Shown: positions 34,822 to 44,417, numbered from the stretch's first letter. The stretch is 58,096 nt of DNA from Candidatus Omnitrophota bacterium (GCA_016198905.1 JACQHR010000003.1:1-58096); one strand, 5' to 3'. The notes: generated by a model not told the origin, from the sequence alone. Numbers and translations: made by a program.

Positions 34822-36165
34822 ATGGATTACGCTCCCAATACCGACGATCAGCGGCAGGAGATGCTCCGCGCCATCGGCGTGAGCTCCTTCGAGGAGCTCA
34901 TCAACGCCGTGCCCGTGGAGCTGCACCAGCGCTCGTTGCACGCCCCGCACGGGCTGGCCGAAGCCCAGGTGCTGGAGCTCTGCGGCGCGTTGGCCGCCCG
35001 CAACCAATCGCTGACCGACCTCACCTCGTTTCTTGGCGCCGGGCAGTATCACCATCTGATTCCAACCGTGGTGGATGCGATCGCCTCACGCGGAGAATGG
35101 CTCACGCCGTACACGCCGTATCAAGCCGAAGCCGGCCAAGGCACGCTGCAGGCGATCTATGAGTTTCAGACGATGGTCTGCGAGCTGATGCAGATGGAGG
35201 TGGCCAACGCCTCACTGTACGATGGGGCGTCGAGTACCGCGGAAGCGGTCATCCTCTCGCTGCGCGCGACCGAGCAGCCCCGTGTGCTGCTCTCCGAGGC
35301 GCTGCATCCGCACGCGCGCGAGGTGATCGCGACCTATCTGATCGGCGCCAACGCCATCGTGCAAGAGATTCCGGCGGTCAACGGGGTGACGGATCTGGAG
35401 GCGCTTGGCAAGGCGCTGCGTGACGACGTGGCCTGTGTGGTCATGCAGCAGCCGAACGTCTTCGGCTGCCTTGAGCCGATGGCGCAAGCCGGCGAGCTGG
35501 CGCACAAGGTGGGCGCGTTGTTTGTGAGCTCGGTCTATCCGATCAGCCTGGGACTGCTGCAGCCGCCGGGCGCCTACGGCGCCGACATTGCGGTGGCCGA
35601 AGGCCGATGCCTTGGCACGCCCATCTCCTATGGCGGGCCCGGGCTTGGATTGTTCACAACAACCTCGGCGCTGTTGCGGAAAATTCCGGGACGGCTGGCG
35701 GGCTGCACCGTCGATCACGCGGGTCGGCGCGGGTTTACCCTCACCCTGCAGACGCGCGAGCAGCACATCCGTCGGGAGAAGGCGACCTCGAACATCTGCA
35801 CGAATGAAGGATTGATCGCGTTGCGCGCGACGGTCTTCATGAGCCTGCTCGGTCCTGAGGGGCTCAAAGAGATGGCGACACTGAATCTGGAGAAAGCGCA
35901 CTATGCGCACGAGCGGCTGCGAGACGTCTCGTGGCTGCGGCCGGCCTTCGAGCAATCCTTCTTCAATGAGTTCACGCTTCAGTGCGACGACGCGGTGGAC
36001 ATCGAAGTCGTGAACCGGACGCTCGCCAAAGCCGACATCATCGGCGGCTTTCCGCTGAAATCCTGGTACCCCTCGATGCCGCACGCCTCGTTGTGGTGCG
36101 CGACCGAGGTCCTGTCACAAGACGCCATCGACCGTGCCGTTGACGCGTTGAAGAAGGCCGTGTGA
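34822..36165 (+). CDS. gcvPA: Glycine dehydrogenase (decarboxylating) subunit 1
   Basis: MDYAPNTDDQRQEMLRAIGV, YTPYQAEAGQGTLQAIYEFQT. Confidence 0.93.
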   Translation: MDYAPNTDDQRQEMLRAIGVSSFEELINAVPVELHQRSLHAPHGLAEAQVLELCGALAARNQSLTDLTSFLGAGQYHHLIPTVVDAIASRGEWLTPYTPYQAEAGQGTLQAIYEFQTMVCELMQMEVANASLYDGASSTAEAVILSLRATEQPRVLLSEALHPHAREVIATYLIGANAIVQEIPAVNGVTDLEALGKALRDDVACVVMQQPNVFGCLEPMAQAGELAHKVGALFVSSVYPISLGLLQPPGAYGADIAVAEGRCLGTPISYGGPGLGLFTTTSALLRKIPGRLAGCTVDHAGRRGFTLTLQTREQHIRREKATSNICTNEGLIALRATVFMSLLGPEGLKEMATLNLEKAHYAHERLRDVSWLRPAFEQSFFNEFTLQCDDAVDIEVVNRTLAKADIIGGFPLKSWYPSMPHASLWCATEVLSQDAIDRAVDALKKAV

Positions 36166-37637
36166 TGGCGGACCCGCTGATTTTTGAGCGCTCAGTCCCG
36201 GGACGCCGAGGCTATCGGCTGCCGCCGAGCGATACGCCTTCGCGCCCGCCAGCAGACATGCTGCCGGCGGATCAGCAGCGCGCGACCCCGCCGCAATGGC
36301 CCGAGGTGGCCGAGTTCGACGTCGTGCGCCACTACACGCGGCTCTCGCAGCTGAATTTTTCCGTCGACACGCACTTTTATCCGCTCGGCTCGTGCACGAT
36401 GAAGTATAACCCGAAGGTGAACGAGCGCGTCGCGGCCCTGCCGGGATTTGCCTGGATTCATCCGCTGCAGCCGGCGTCTCAAGTCCAGGGTGTGCTGGAA
36501 TTGCTGCACGGCCTTGAGCAATTGCTTTGTGCGATCACGGGCATGGCGGCATTTACGTTGCAGCCGGCAGCCGGCGCTCAAGGGGAACTCACCGGCCTGA
36601 AGATCGTCGCCGCCTATCACAAGCGCAAACGGCGCACGCGCTCAACCATCCTGATCCCGGACTCGGCGCACGGCACCAACCCGGCCTCGGCCGCCCTCTC
36701 AGGCTTCTCAGTCGTGCAGCTCAAGTCCGGACCGGATGGCCTGATCGATCTGAAGGAGTTCAAGAGCAAATTGAATCGCGACGTGGCGGCTCTCATGCTG
36801 ACCAATCCGAATACGCTGGGCCTGTTCGAATACAACATCAAGACGATTGCGGCCCTCCTGCATGAGCAAGATGCGCTCGTCTACATGGATGGCGCGAACA
36901 TGAACGCGCTGTTGGGTATCTCGCGGCCCGGCGACATGGGGGTCGATCTCTTGCAGTTGAATCTGCACAAGACATTCTCTACACCGCACGGCGGCGGCGG
37001 CCCAGGAGCCGGTCCGGTGGGAGTTGCGAAGGCGCTGGAAGATTTCCTGCCGGTGCCGCGCGTGCGCAAGCGGGGCACACGGTTTGCGTGGGAGACGCGC
37101 AGCCGTGCGACCGTCGGACGTGTCCACGGCTGGTTCGGCAACATCGGTGTGCTCGTGCGCGCCTACGCGTACATCCGTGCGCTTGGGCGGGAAGGGCTCA
37201 TGCGGGCGAGCGAAACCGCGATCATCAATGCCAACTATCTGAAGGCGAAGTTGCAGGAAACGTATCCTGTGCCGTTTCATCAATCGTGCCTGCATGAGTT
37301 TGTGGCCTCGGCCAAGCCGCTCAAGGCGCACGGGGTGACGGCAGGCGATGTCGCCAAGCGGCTGTTGGATTACGGGTTCTACGCGCCGACGGTCTACTTT
37401 CCTCTCATTGTAGAAGAGGCGCTGATGATCGAGCCGACGGAAACCGAATCCAAAGAAACGCTCGATCAGTTCATTGAGGCACTCCTGCGTATTGCGGAAG
37501 AAGCGAAGACGAACCCTGAGCTGGTGCGCCGCGCTCCGCAACGTATGCCGGTGGATCGGCTCGATGAAGTGAAAGCCGCGCGCGAGCCGAACCTGCGCTG
37601 GATGAAACCAGCACAGTCCATCGTCCATAGTCGATAG
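36162..37637 (+). CDS. gcvPB: Glycine dehydrogenase (decarboxylating) subunit 2
   Basis: NLHKTFSTPHGGGGPGAGP (PLP lysine) and GSCTMKYNPK. Confidence 0.93.
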   Translation: MMADPLIFERSVPGRRGYRLPPSDTPSRPPADMLPADQQRATPPQWPEVAEFDVVRHYTRLSQLNFSVDTHFYPLGSCTMKYNPKVNERVAALPGFAWIHPLQPASQVQGVLELLHGLEQLLCAITGMAAFTLQPAAGAQGELTGLKIVAAYHKRKRRTRSTILIPDSAHGTNPASAALSGFSVVQLKSGPDGLIDLKEFKSKLNRDVAALMLTNPNTLGLFEYNIKTIAALLHEQDALVYMDGANMNALLGISRPGDMGVDLLQLNLHKTFSTPHGGGGPGAGPVGVAKALEDFLPVPRVRKRGTRFAWETRSRATVGRVHGWFGNIGVLVRAYAYIRALGREGLMRASETAIINANYLKAKLQETYPVPFHQSCLHEFVASAKPLKAHGVTAGDVAKRLLDYGFYAPTVYFPLIVEEALMIEPTETESKETLDQFIEALLRIAEEAKTNPELVRRAPQRMPVDRLDEVKAAREPNLRWMKPAQSIVHSR

Positions 37638-37661
37638 CCCATCACGTCAGCTACAGGCTGC

Positions 37662-38489
37662 ATGCTGCAGGCTTCAGAGATGAAGAGTGAGTGGCAAATC
37701 ATCGTGGATGGCGCGAACTCAGCCGATGAGCAGATGGCGGCTGATGAACGGCTTGCGCAGCGCGCGCAGCTGACGGCTCGCTTCTTTGAGTGGCAACCTG
37801 CGGCGATCTCGCTCGGATGGAAGCAACCGCGGCCTGAGTGGCTCGAGCCCGACGCGTGGCGTGGCGACAAACTTGAGTGGGTTGAGCGTCCGACGGGCGG
37901 CGGGATCGCGTTTCACGGCAGCGATGTCTCCGTCGCCGTGGTGGTGCTGCGTGCGAAAGGCGTCTCGCTCGCGCTGTTGATGCGGGCGGTGTGTCAAAGC
38001 GCGGTCAGATTGTGCACGAGCTACGGCATCGACGCCTCGGCACTCCTCGAAGCGCCGTCACACGGACGGATCGCGTATTGTCTGACGCAGCACAGCCCCT
38101 ATGCGGTACTCGTGGATGGCCGCAAGGTCGCGGGGTTCGCGCTGCGCCGGTATCCGGCGAGTTGGCTGATTCAAGGATCGCTGCTCATCAATCCGCTTCC
38201 GGAGATCTTACAACGCATGCTACCTGTGTCGGTGGGCGAAGCGATTCAACGGCGCGCCGTCTCACTCTCGGTCGCATCTGGAGCGTCTCTCGACGAAGCT
38301 GATGTCATGCGCCGATGGGCCGCACATTGGACGAGTTGGTGGCCCCACCACCTCCCGACGTCCACCGATGGTGGACGGCCAGTGAAGCAGGAATCAACAA
38401 TGATGCTGGCCAGGCGGCACCCAACATCATACAGAAGTGCTGAGCCAACCATTCTATTGACGTGCCGCCCTCGGGAGGTGGTGGGGTGA
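37662..38489 (+). CDS. BPL/LplA/LipB-family lipoate (octanoyl) protein ligase-like protein
   Basis: FFEWQPAAISLG, ERPTGGGIAFHG, KVAGFALRR, IQGSLLI. The C-terminal ~50 aa are not recognisable. Confidence 0.65.
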   Translation: MLQASEMKSEWQIIVDGANSADEQMAADERLAQRAQLTARFFEWQPAAISLGWKQPRPEWLEPDAWRGDKLEWVERPTGGGIAFHGSDVSVAVVVLRAKGVSLALLMRAVCQSAVRLCTSYGIDASALLEAPSHGRIAYCLTQHSPYAVLVDGRKVAGFALRRYPASWLIQGSLLINPLPEILQRMLPVSVGEAIQRRAVSLSVASGASLDEADVMRRWAAHWTSWWPHHLPTSTDGGRPVKQESTMMLARRHPTSYRSAEPTILLTCRPREVVG

Positions 38490-38671
38490 TGCGGTGTGAT
38501 ACCTGCAAGCAAGAGGGTCCTATGGTGATGCGGGTGATGATCGCGAAAGACTACAACCGCAGTCTGGCCCGGCCCATCTTCAATTGTCCGGAGTGTTTTG
38601 CGCAGAAAGAACGCTCCAAGCAACGCGCGGGTGCTTCGGGATCGGAGACGCCGCAGCCCAACGCGACGTAA
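38489..38671 (+). CDS. Small zinc-ribbon protein (CxxC...CxxC)
   Basis: MRCDTCKQEG...FNCPECFAQKE. Strong SD GGGAGGTGGTGGGG directly upstream. TGATG overlap with the preceding gene. Confidence 0.5.
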   Translation: MRCDTCKQEGPMVMRVMIAKDYNRSLARPIFNCPECFAQKERSKQRAGASGSETPQPNAT

Positions 38672-38681
38672 CCCACGCGGC

Positions 38682-39647
38682 ATGATCTCCACGACGGTCG
38701 GCAGCTATCCCAAGGTGGCCGAAGGCGCCTACACCACGAAGCTCATCGGCGCGGTGACGAAATGGCAGCGCAAAGAACTCGATGACGCGCAATTGGAGGT
38801 AGTCCAGCAAGAGATCACGTGTGCCGTCATACGCGAACAGGAAGACGCCGGCCTCGATCTCCTGACGGATGGGCAGATCCGGTGGGAAGATCTTGTGACG
38901 CCAATCGCCAGACGCCTGCGCGGGTTTGAGATCAACGGCCTCTCGCGATGGTTCGATAACAACGTCTACTACCGGCGGCCGATTCTGCGGACAGCGCCGA
39001 AGCGGACCGGGCCGATCCTCGTCGAGGCCTATACGTTTGCCGCCGCCTGCGCGCGCAAGCCGGTCAAAGCGGTGCTGCCTGGTCCGTATACACTCGCGGT
39101 CATGAGCGAGAACCGGCACTACGCGTCGCTGAAGCCGTTCGTGCTCAAGCTCGCCGAGCTGCTCAACGCCGAGGCGATGGCGCTCGCCCAAGCCGGTGCG
39201 CCGGTCATTCAGTTTGATGAGCCGGCTCTTGGGTTCGGCAAGCCGAATCTCAAGCTGGTGCTGGAAGCGCTCCGTGTGGTCACGAAGGGCGTGAAGGCGA
39301 AGACGGCTCTGTACACGTATTTTGGCTCGCTGGACGGTGCGTTGGCATCCCTGATGCGAGCGACGGTGGACATCATCGGTGTGGACGTCGTGTCTGATCC
39401 CCACGCGCTTCGTGAGTTGAAGCGGACGAAGGTGACGAAGGCGTTGGCGCTCGGCTGCATGGATGCGCGCAACACGAAGCTTGAATCGGTCAGCGAGCTG
39501 CACCGCCTGTTTCGAGCTGTGACAACGCTGGTTTCCGGCGACCGACTCTACGTCAATCCCAACTGCGGGCTCGAGTTCTTGCCGCACACACAGGCGCAGA
39601 AAAAAATCCAACGGTTAGCCGAGGCGGTTCGTACCTTCAAGGCATGA
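38682..39647 (+). CDS. MetE N-terminal-domain-like protein (Meth_synt_1-like, lacks the His-x-Cys zinc motif)
   Basis: GSYPKV, LTDGQIRWEDL, LSRWFDNNVYYRRPIL (compare MTKWFDTNYHY of MetE), YTYFGSL in place of the H-x-C motif, NPNCGLEFL. Confidence 0.7.
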   Translation: MISTTVGSYPKVAEGAYTTKLIGAVTKWQRKELDDAQLEVVQQEITCAVIREQEDAGLDLLTDGQIRWEDLVTPIARRLRGFEINGLSRWFDNNVYYRRPILRTAPKRTGPILVEAYTFAAACARKPVKAVLPGPYTLAVMSENRHYASLKPFVLKLAELLNAEAMALAQAGAPVIQFDEPALGFGKPNLKLVLEALRVVTKGVKAKTALYTYFGSLDGALASLMRATVDIIGVDVVSDPHALRELKRTKVTKALALGCMDARNTKLESVSELHRLFRAVTTLVSGDRLYVNPNCGLEFLPHTQAQKKIQRLAEAVRTFKA

Positions 39648-39648
39648 G

Positions 39649-40668
39649 ATGTTGTTGACGACATCAGTCGGCAGTTTACCCAAACCGGAGTACCTGACGA
39701 CCGCGCGCAGCCAAGCGCGCAAGGGCGACATCAGTCCAAAAGCGCTGCATGCGCTGGAAGAGCAAGCCACGCGCGAATGGATCAGGAAGCAAGAAGAGTT
39801 GGGATTCGATGTGCTCGTCGATGGCGAGCAGTACCGCGGGGACATGGTCGCGTACTTCGCCGAGCATCTCGGCGGATTTCAACAGAGCGAGCTGGTGCGC
39901 GCCTACGGCAATCGCTACTACCGCAAGCCGATCATGGTGGGCAAGGTCACGCGGGCCACACCCATCACGGTCGAGTGGTGGACGTTCGCGCAACGGCTGA
40001 CGACGCGGCCGGTCAAAGGCATGTTGACCGGGCCGTACACGATCATGGACTGGTCGTTCAATGAGCATTATCCCTCGCGGCGCGCCGCCACGCTGGCCAT
40101 CGCGCAGGTGATTCGCGATGAAGCGAGGGATTTGGAGCGAGCCGGGGCGCAGTACATCCAAGTCGATGAGCCGGCGATTTCGACGCGCCCCGAAGAAATG
40201 GACTTGGCGATTGAAGCGCTCGGGATCGTGACGCATGGCCTGAAGGCCAAGACGATCACGCACATCTGCTACGGAGATTTCGCAACGATCGGCCCGAAGC
40301 TGCGCCGTTTGCCGATCGATCAGATCGACTTAGAGTTTGCCAACCGCGATTTCGAGCTGCTCGAAGTCTTCAAGGGCATGCGGTTCCAGAAGGAAATCGG
40401 TTTGGGGGTCGTCGATGTGCACGACCATCGGCTGGAATCAGTCGAGGAAGTGGCGAGCAACATCCGCAAGGCCTTGACGGTGTTTCGGCCCGAGCAGCTC
40501 ATGATCGATCCGGACTGCGGGCTCAAGACGCGCACACCCGAAGAAGCGGTCGAAAAGCTGCGCGTCGTCGTTGAAGCAACGAACGTGGTGCGCGAAGAAC
40601 TCAGTGCCGGGGACTCGAGACCACGCAAGATGACACGCTCGCGGTCGACAGCGCGAACGCGCACCTAG
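39649..40668 (+). CDS. metE: Cobalamin-independent methionine synthase catalytic-domain protein (Meth_synt_2-like)
   Basis: VGSLPKPEYL, VDGEQYRGDMV, HICYGDF and DPDCGLKT zinc-ligand motifs. Confidence 0.78.
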   Translation: MLLTTSVGSLPKPEYLTTARSQARKGDISPKALHALEEQATREWIRKQEELGFDVLVDGEQYRGDMVAYFAEHLGGFQQSELVRAYGNRYYRKPIMVGKVTRATPITVEWWTFAQRLTTRPVKGMLTGPYTIMDWSFNEHYPSRRAATLAIAQVIRDEARDLERAGAQYIQVDEPAISTRPEEMDLAIEALGIVTHGLKAKTITHICYGDFATIGPKLRRLPIDQIDLEFANRDFELLEVFKGMRFQKEIGLGVVDVHDHRLESVEEVASNIRKALTVFRPEQLMIDPDCGLKTRTPEEAVEKLRVVVEATNVVREELSAGDSRPRKMTRSRSTARTRT

Positions 40669-40674
40669 GCTTGC

Positions 40675-41529
40675 ATGATGGCTGGCACGAGTAAGATGAC
40701 GATCGCAGAGCTCCTCAAACGCAAGCGGCAGGCAGGCAAGATCACCATGCTGACTGCGTATGACTATCCTATTGCGAAGTTTGTTGATGCGGCAGGAGTC
40801 GATGTGATCTTAGTCGGCGATTCTTTGGGCATGGTGGTGCTGGGCTACGAGAGCACGACACCGGTGACGATGGAGGAGATGCTCCATCACGCCAAGGCCG
40901 CGCGCCGCGGAGTCTCGCGCGCTCTGCTCGTGGGCGACATGCCGTTTCTCTCCTTTCGTTCCTCGACGGCGGATGCGGTGAAAAACGCCGGACGGTTTGT
41001 GCAAGAAGCCGGCTGCGATGCGGTGAAGGTTGAATGGAAACACGGCATCGAGGACGTCACGAAAGCAATCGTGGACGCCGGCATTCCGGTGATGGGACAT
41101 GTGGGCCTGACCCCGCAAACAGCCGCCGCCGAAGGCGGATTTGGGATGCGCGGCAAAGACGCGGAGTCGGCGGCGCGCATCATCGGGCAGGCGATTGCGC
41201 TGCAGGAAGTCGGCTGTTTTGCCATGGTGCTCGAGTGCATTCCCGATGTGGTCGCCCAGGAAATCACGCAGCGGCTGACGATTCCCACCATTGGGATCGG
41301 CTCAGGCCCGTGGTGCGATGGACAGGTGCTGGTGACGTACGACCTGCTCGGGCTCTACGATCGATTTACGCCGTCGTTCGTCAAGCAGTACGCGACGTTG
41401 GGCACGACCATCCGCGACGCGGTCACCGCCTATGTGCGCGACGTCAAGGCTGGAACGTTTCCCGGCACAGAGCATACGAAAACACTCGCTCCTGACGAGT
41501 TGGCCCGGCTGAAGCAGGAGCTGGGCTGA
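40675..41529 (+). CDS. panB: 3-methyl-2-oxobutanoate hydroxymethyltransferase
   Basis: ITMLTAYDYP, ILVGDSLGMVVLGYEST, VKVEWK, GHVGLTPQ. Confidence 0.93.
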   Translation: MMAGTSKMTIAELLKRKRQAGKITMLTAYDYPIAKFVDAAGVDVILVGDSLGMVVLGYESTTPVTMEEMLHHAKAARRGVSRALLVGDMPFLSFRSSTADAVKNAGRFVQEAGCDAVKVEWKHGIEDVTKAIVDAGIPVMGHVGLTPQTAAAEGGFGMRGKDAESAARIIGQAIALQEVGCFAMVLECIPDVVAQEITQRLTIPTIGIGSGPWCDGQVLVTYDLLGLYDRFTPSFVKQYATLGTTIRDAVTAYVRDVKAGTFPGTEHTKTLAPDELARLKQELG

Positions 41530-41537
41530 TCGGTCGC

Positions 41538-42200
41538 ATGATCATGACACGTTCTTACTATCCGATCTTTGCCGATTTGACCGGACGCCGATGCGTGGTG
41601 ATCGGCGGCGGGCCGGTTGCGCAGCGAAAGGTCACCACGTTACTCGGCTACGGAGCACAAGTGATCGTCGTCAGCCCGACGGTCACGCCGCAGCTGAGCG
41701 CGTTGGCGCGACGCGGCCGCATCACGTATCGCACGCGGAGGTTTCGTCCGGCGGATCTTGCGGGCGCATGGCTCGTCTACGCGGCAACCGGGGATGAGCG
41801 CGTCAATCGCCGCGTGGAGCAGGCGGCAACGCGCGCGTGTGTGTTCGCCAACATTGTCGATCAGACCGCGCGGTGCACGTTCATCGCGCCCTCGATCTTC
41901 CGGCGCGGGCAGGTGACGATCGCGGTCAGCACGGGCGGGGTGAGTCCCTCGCTGTCCAAGCACGTACGGCGGGATCTGGCGCGCACCATCGGGGCGGAGT
42001 ACGCGCGCATGCTGCAGTTGCTTGGCCGTCTGCGCGGCGCGGCAAAGCAGCGGTTGCCCGATTACCAGGATCGCGGACGATATTTTGATGAGTTGATGAC
42101 CGGGCAGACGTTTCGACTGATTCGAGCAGGCAAGACGCAGCACGCGCGGCAGGTGGCCACACAGCTTCTGATGCAGTACGCTCGGCGGGTGAGGCGATGA
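41538..42200 (+). CDS. sirC: Precorrin-2 dehydrogenase / sirohydrochlorin ferrochelatase (SirC / CysG N-domain type)
   Basis: YPIFADLTGRRCVVIGGGPVAQRKVTTLLGYGAQVIVVSP. Confidence 0.85.
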   Translation: MIMTRSYYPIFADLTGRRCVVIGGGPVAQRKVTTLLGYGAQVIVVSPTVTPQLSALARRGRITYRTRRFRPADLAGAWLVYAATGDERVNRRVEQAATRACVFANIVDQTARCTFIAPSIFRRGQVTIAVSTGGVSPSLSKHVRRDLARTIGAEYARMLQLLGRLRGAAKQRLPDYQDRGRYFDELMTGQTFRLIRAGKTQHARQVATQLLMQYARRVRR

Positions 42201-42260
42201 TTCTGACGATGGCGTTGTGGGCGTCGTTGCTCTGTCGGACACTCCTTCCGAGAGCGCCCG

Positions 42261-42368
42261 AGGCCACGGGGCCTGCCCCGGCGCCACCCTGCGCCGTCCT
42301 CGCCCAGCGACTATCGCGCTGGCTCTGCGGGCGGCACAGGGGACCTGTCGCCGGGTCACCCGTGGCCT
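42261..42368 (-). repeat. GC-rich long-hairpin element, copy C (inverted orientation)
   Basis: Closing stem AGGCCACGGG / CCCGTGGCCT. The reverse complement reads GGGTGACCCGGCGACAGGTCCCCTGTGCCGCCCGCAGAGCCAGCG-CGATAGT-CGCTGGGCGAGGACGGCGCAGGGTGGCGCCGGGGCAGGCCCC. Confidence 0.85.
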
Positions 42369-42420
42369 ACGAGCGAGCGTTTCGGCGGAGCAGAGCGTCG
42401 TATTGTGTTGGGAGCTAGGC

Positions 42421-43332
42421 ATGCGTTCCGTTGTGATTGGCACGCGTGGGAGTTCACTCGCGATGTGTCAGGCCCACTTCGTCCAGGCACAACTAGAGGA
42501 GCGCTTCCCCTATCGATCCTTTGAGCTGAAGACGATCAAGGCCGAGGCGGACAAGAATCCAGAATTGTCGCTGGCGCGGATGGGCGGAGAGGGCGTCTTC
42601 GTCAAAGAGCTTGAAGCGGCACTTCTTAACGGCGACATCGATTGCGCGGTGCATAGCCTGAAGGATTTGCCGCTCGATGCGCCGCCAGCCTTGCGGATCG
42701 CCGCGGTCCTCGCGCGCGAAGAGCCGCGCGACGCGCTGGTGGCTCGCGCCGGCCAGCCCCTTGCCGCGTTGCCATCGAGCTCGCGCATCGGGACCTCGAG
42801 CCTGCGGCGCAAGAGCCAGCTGCTGCGGCAGCGGCAGGACCTCCAGATTCTCGAGATGCGCGGCAATGTGGATACGCGTCTGCGAAAACTCGACGAAGGA
42901 CGCTACGACGCAATTGTGCTGGCCGCCTGCGGGTTGATTCGACTGGGGCTTGAGAAGCGCGTGACCGAATATTTGAGCCTCAAGCAGATGGTGCCTGAGC
43001 CCGGGCAAGGAGCGCTGGCGATCGAAGCGCGTGCGCATGATCAAGACATGGCGCAGATGCTTAGCGAGCTCAACGATGCGCTGAGCCGTGCGTGTGTTGA
43101 GGCCGAGCGCGCATTCTTGCGAGCGCTGGGTGGCGGCTGTCGCGTGCCGATCGCCGCGTATGCGTTGTGTGCGGATGGCATCATCACGCTGGATGGGACG
43201 GTGGTGGCTGCCGATGGCTCGCAGCAACTGCGCGACCGCGCGACCGGTCCCATCGCGGACCCCATCGCTCTCGGCGAGCGCCTCGCTGAGGAATTAACTT
43301 CTCAGGGTGCTAGGAAGTTGCTCATGAAATGA
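42421..43332 (+). CDS. hemC: Hydroxymethylbilane synthase (porphobilinogen deaminase)
   Basis: VVIGTRGSSLAMCQA, GNVDTRLRKL, LGGGCRVPIAAY. The ORF-track start at 42217 reads through repeat copy C and is rejected. Confidence 0.92.
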   Translation: MRSVVIGTRGSSLAMCQAHFVQAQLEERFPYRSFELKTIKAEADKNPELSLARMGGEGVFVKELEAALLNGDIDCAVHSLKDLPLDAPPALRIAAVLAREEPRDALVARAGQPLAALPSSSRIGTSSLRRKSQLLRQRQDLQILEMRGNVDTRLRKLDEGRYDAIVLAACGLIRLGLEKRVTEYLSLKQMVPEPGQGALAIEARAHDQDMAQMLSELNDALSRACVEAERAFLRALGGGCRVPIAAYALCADGIITLDGTVVAADGSQQLRDRATGPIADPIALGERLAEELTSQGARKLLMK

Positions 43333-43356
43333 AAATCAATTCATGAAAGACCGCCC

Positions 43357-43704
43357 ATGATTGTTCTGCTGCTAGTGTTAGTGGCCATATGCGTATTAGT
43401 GTCATTTCCTGCATGGAAATTCCAACGAAAAAGAGTGACGTGGTATCCGTGGGACTACGGCGTACCGACCTATGGAATTGCTGTATGGATGGTGCTCACC
43501 GCATCAGGCATCGGAGCTCAGAGTCTGTCCAATTTTGTTGAGTTGCTCGGCGTGTCTATAGCGGCGTGCGTTGCTCCTTGGCTGAGAGTCGCTTTTCCGG
43601 GAGGAGACCAAAAGTCCTCGTTGTTATCATCCGCAGGCTCTTTACTATTGCCCGTCATTACAGCGGCGCTGCTCCGATTATGTATGCCCTTGCTACCAGA
43701 GTAA
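43357..43704 (+). CDS. Hypothetical small multi-pass membrane protein in a lower-GC segment
   Basis: 115-aa ORF with 3-4 hydrophobic segments. No family recognised. Its composition is visibly less GC-rich than the flanks. Confidence 0.45.
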   Translation: MIVLLLVLVAICVLVSFPAWKFQRKRVTWYPWDYGVPTYGIAVWMVLTASGIGAQSLSNFVELLGVSIAACVAPWLRVAFPGGDQKSSLLSSAGSLLLPVITAALLRLCMPLLPE

Positions 43705-43982
43705 TTCATACTGAGTGCGATGGGAGTATCTCTTAAGTGGGGAGGGGAGACAAGGGAAGAGGCAGCTAGATGGAACAAGAAGATAAGCTACCGGCTGCCG
43801 ACGACCAGCCGTACCGGGTTCCGAAGGGACACGTTGCAAGCGCACGCGGATCATCAACGAGGTCAATATGCGCGAGTACAGACTGCGAGACTTTGGAAAC
43901 TAGCCCGTACGCAGTAAGGCTCTCATTGTTCGTGGAGGAAAAGGGATCAGGGAGGCTCATCGGATGAGACGAGGCCGACCGA

Positions 43983-44010
43983 TAAGGGGAAAACCTGGGT
44001 TTTCCCCTTA
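43983..44010. other. Perfect 12-bp stem-loop
   Basis: TAAGGGGAAAAC-CTGG-GTTTTCCCCTTA. No U-tract on either strand. Confidence 0.5.
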
Positions 44011-44042
44011 TGGAGCGGCCACAGTTTCGCGATAGCCGCGAC

Positions 44043-44116
44043 GCGCCCGTAGCTCAATTGGATAGAGCGCTAGCCTCCGGAGCTAGAGGTTGTGGGTTCG
44101 ATCCCCGCCGGGCGCG
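44043..44116 (+). tRNA. tRNA-Arg (anticodon CCG)
   Basis: Hand-folded cloverleaf: acceptor GCGCCCG/CGGGCGC, D arm GCTC..GAGC, anticodon stem CTAGC/GCTAG with loop CTCCGGA, T arm GTGGG-TTCGATC-CCCGC. No encoded CCA. Confidence 0.88.
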
Positions 44117-44171
44117 CGTTATTTCTCACGAGCAGAGTCCTGGGCTCGAAGGGAGCCGCAACTTTCTTATA

Positions 44172-44417
44172 ATGGAAAACGAGAGCGTTTCGCCAAAGTC
44201 ACGATTAGGTGTCCTGCTCTTCTGTCTTTTCCTGTGGCCGTTCGGGGCACACCGTTTCTACGTGGGCAAGATCGGTACAGGCATTCTGACAATTCTCACC
44301 GTTGGTGGATTCTGCGGCGTGTGGCCGCTCATCGATCTGATTCTGATTATTATCGGAGCGTTTCGGGATAAGGAAGGCCGCAGAGTCCTGAAGTGGTTTG
44401 AACCGGCTTCCCCGTAG
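44172..44417 (+). CDS. TM2-domain membrane protein
   Basis: LLFCLFLWPFGAHRFYVGKIGTGILTILTVGGF..WPLIDLILII. Confidence 0.75.
   Translation: MENESVSPKSRLGVLLFCLFLWPFGAHRFYVGKIGTGILTILTVGGFCGVWPLIDLILIIIGAFRDKEGRRVLKWFEPASP

Noticed and set aside
43705-44042. Known housekeeping RNA (RNase P RNA, tmRNA, SRP RNA, 6S) in the 340-nt gene-free stretch, or in 5802-5973.
   Set aside because: The conserved cores are absent: no GGAGGAAAGUCCGGGC-type P4 strand, no tRNA-like tmRNA ends or tag ORF, no SRP domain-IV GGAA/AGCA motif. The shape is not the single long bubble-hairpin of 6S. These regions are left as unassigned candidates only.
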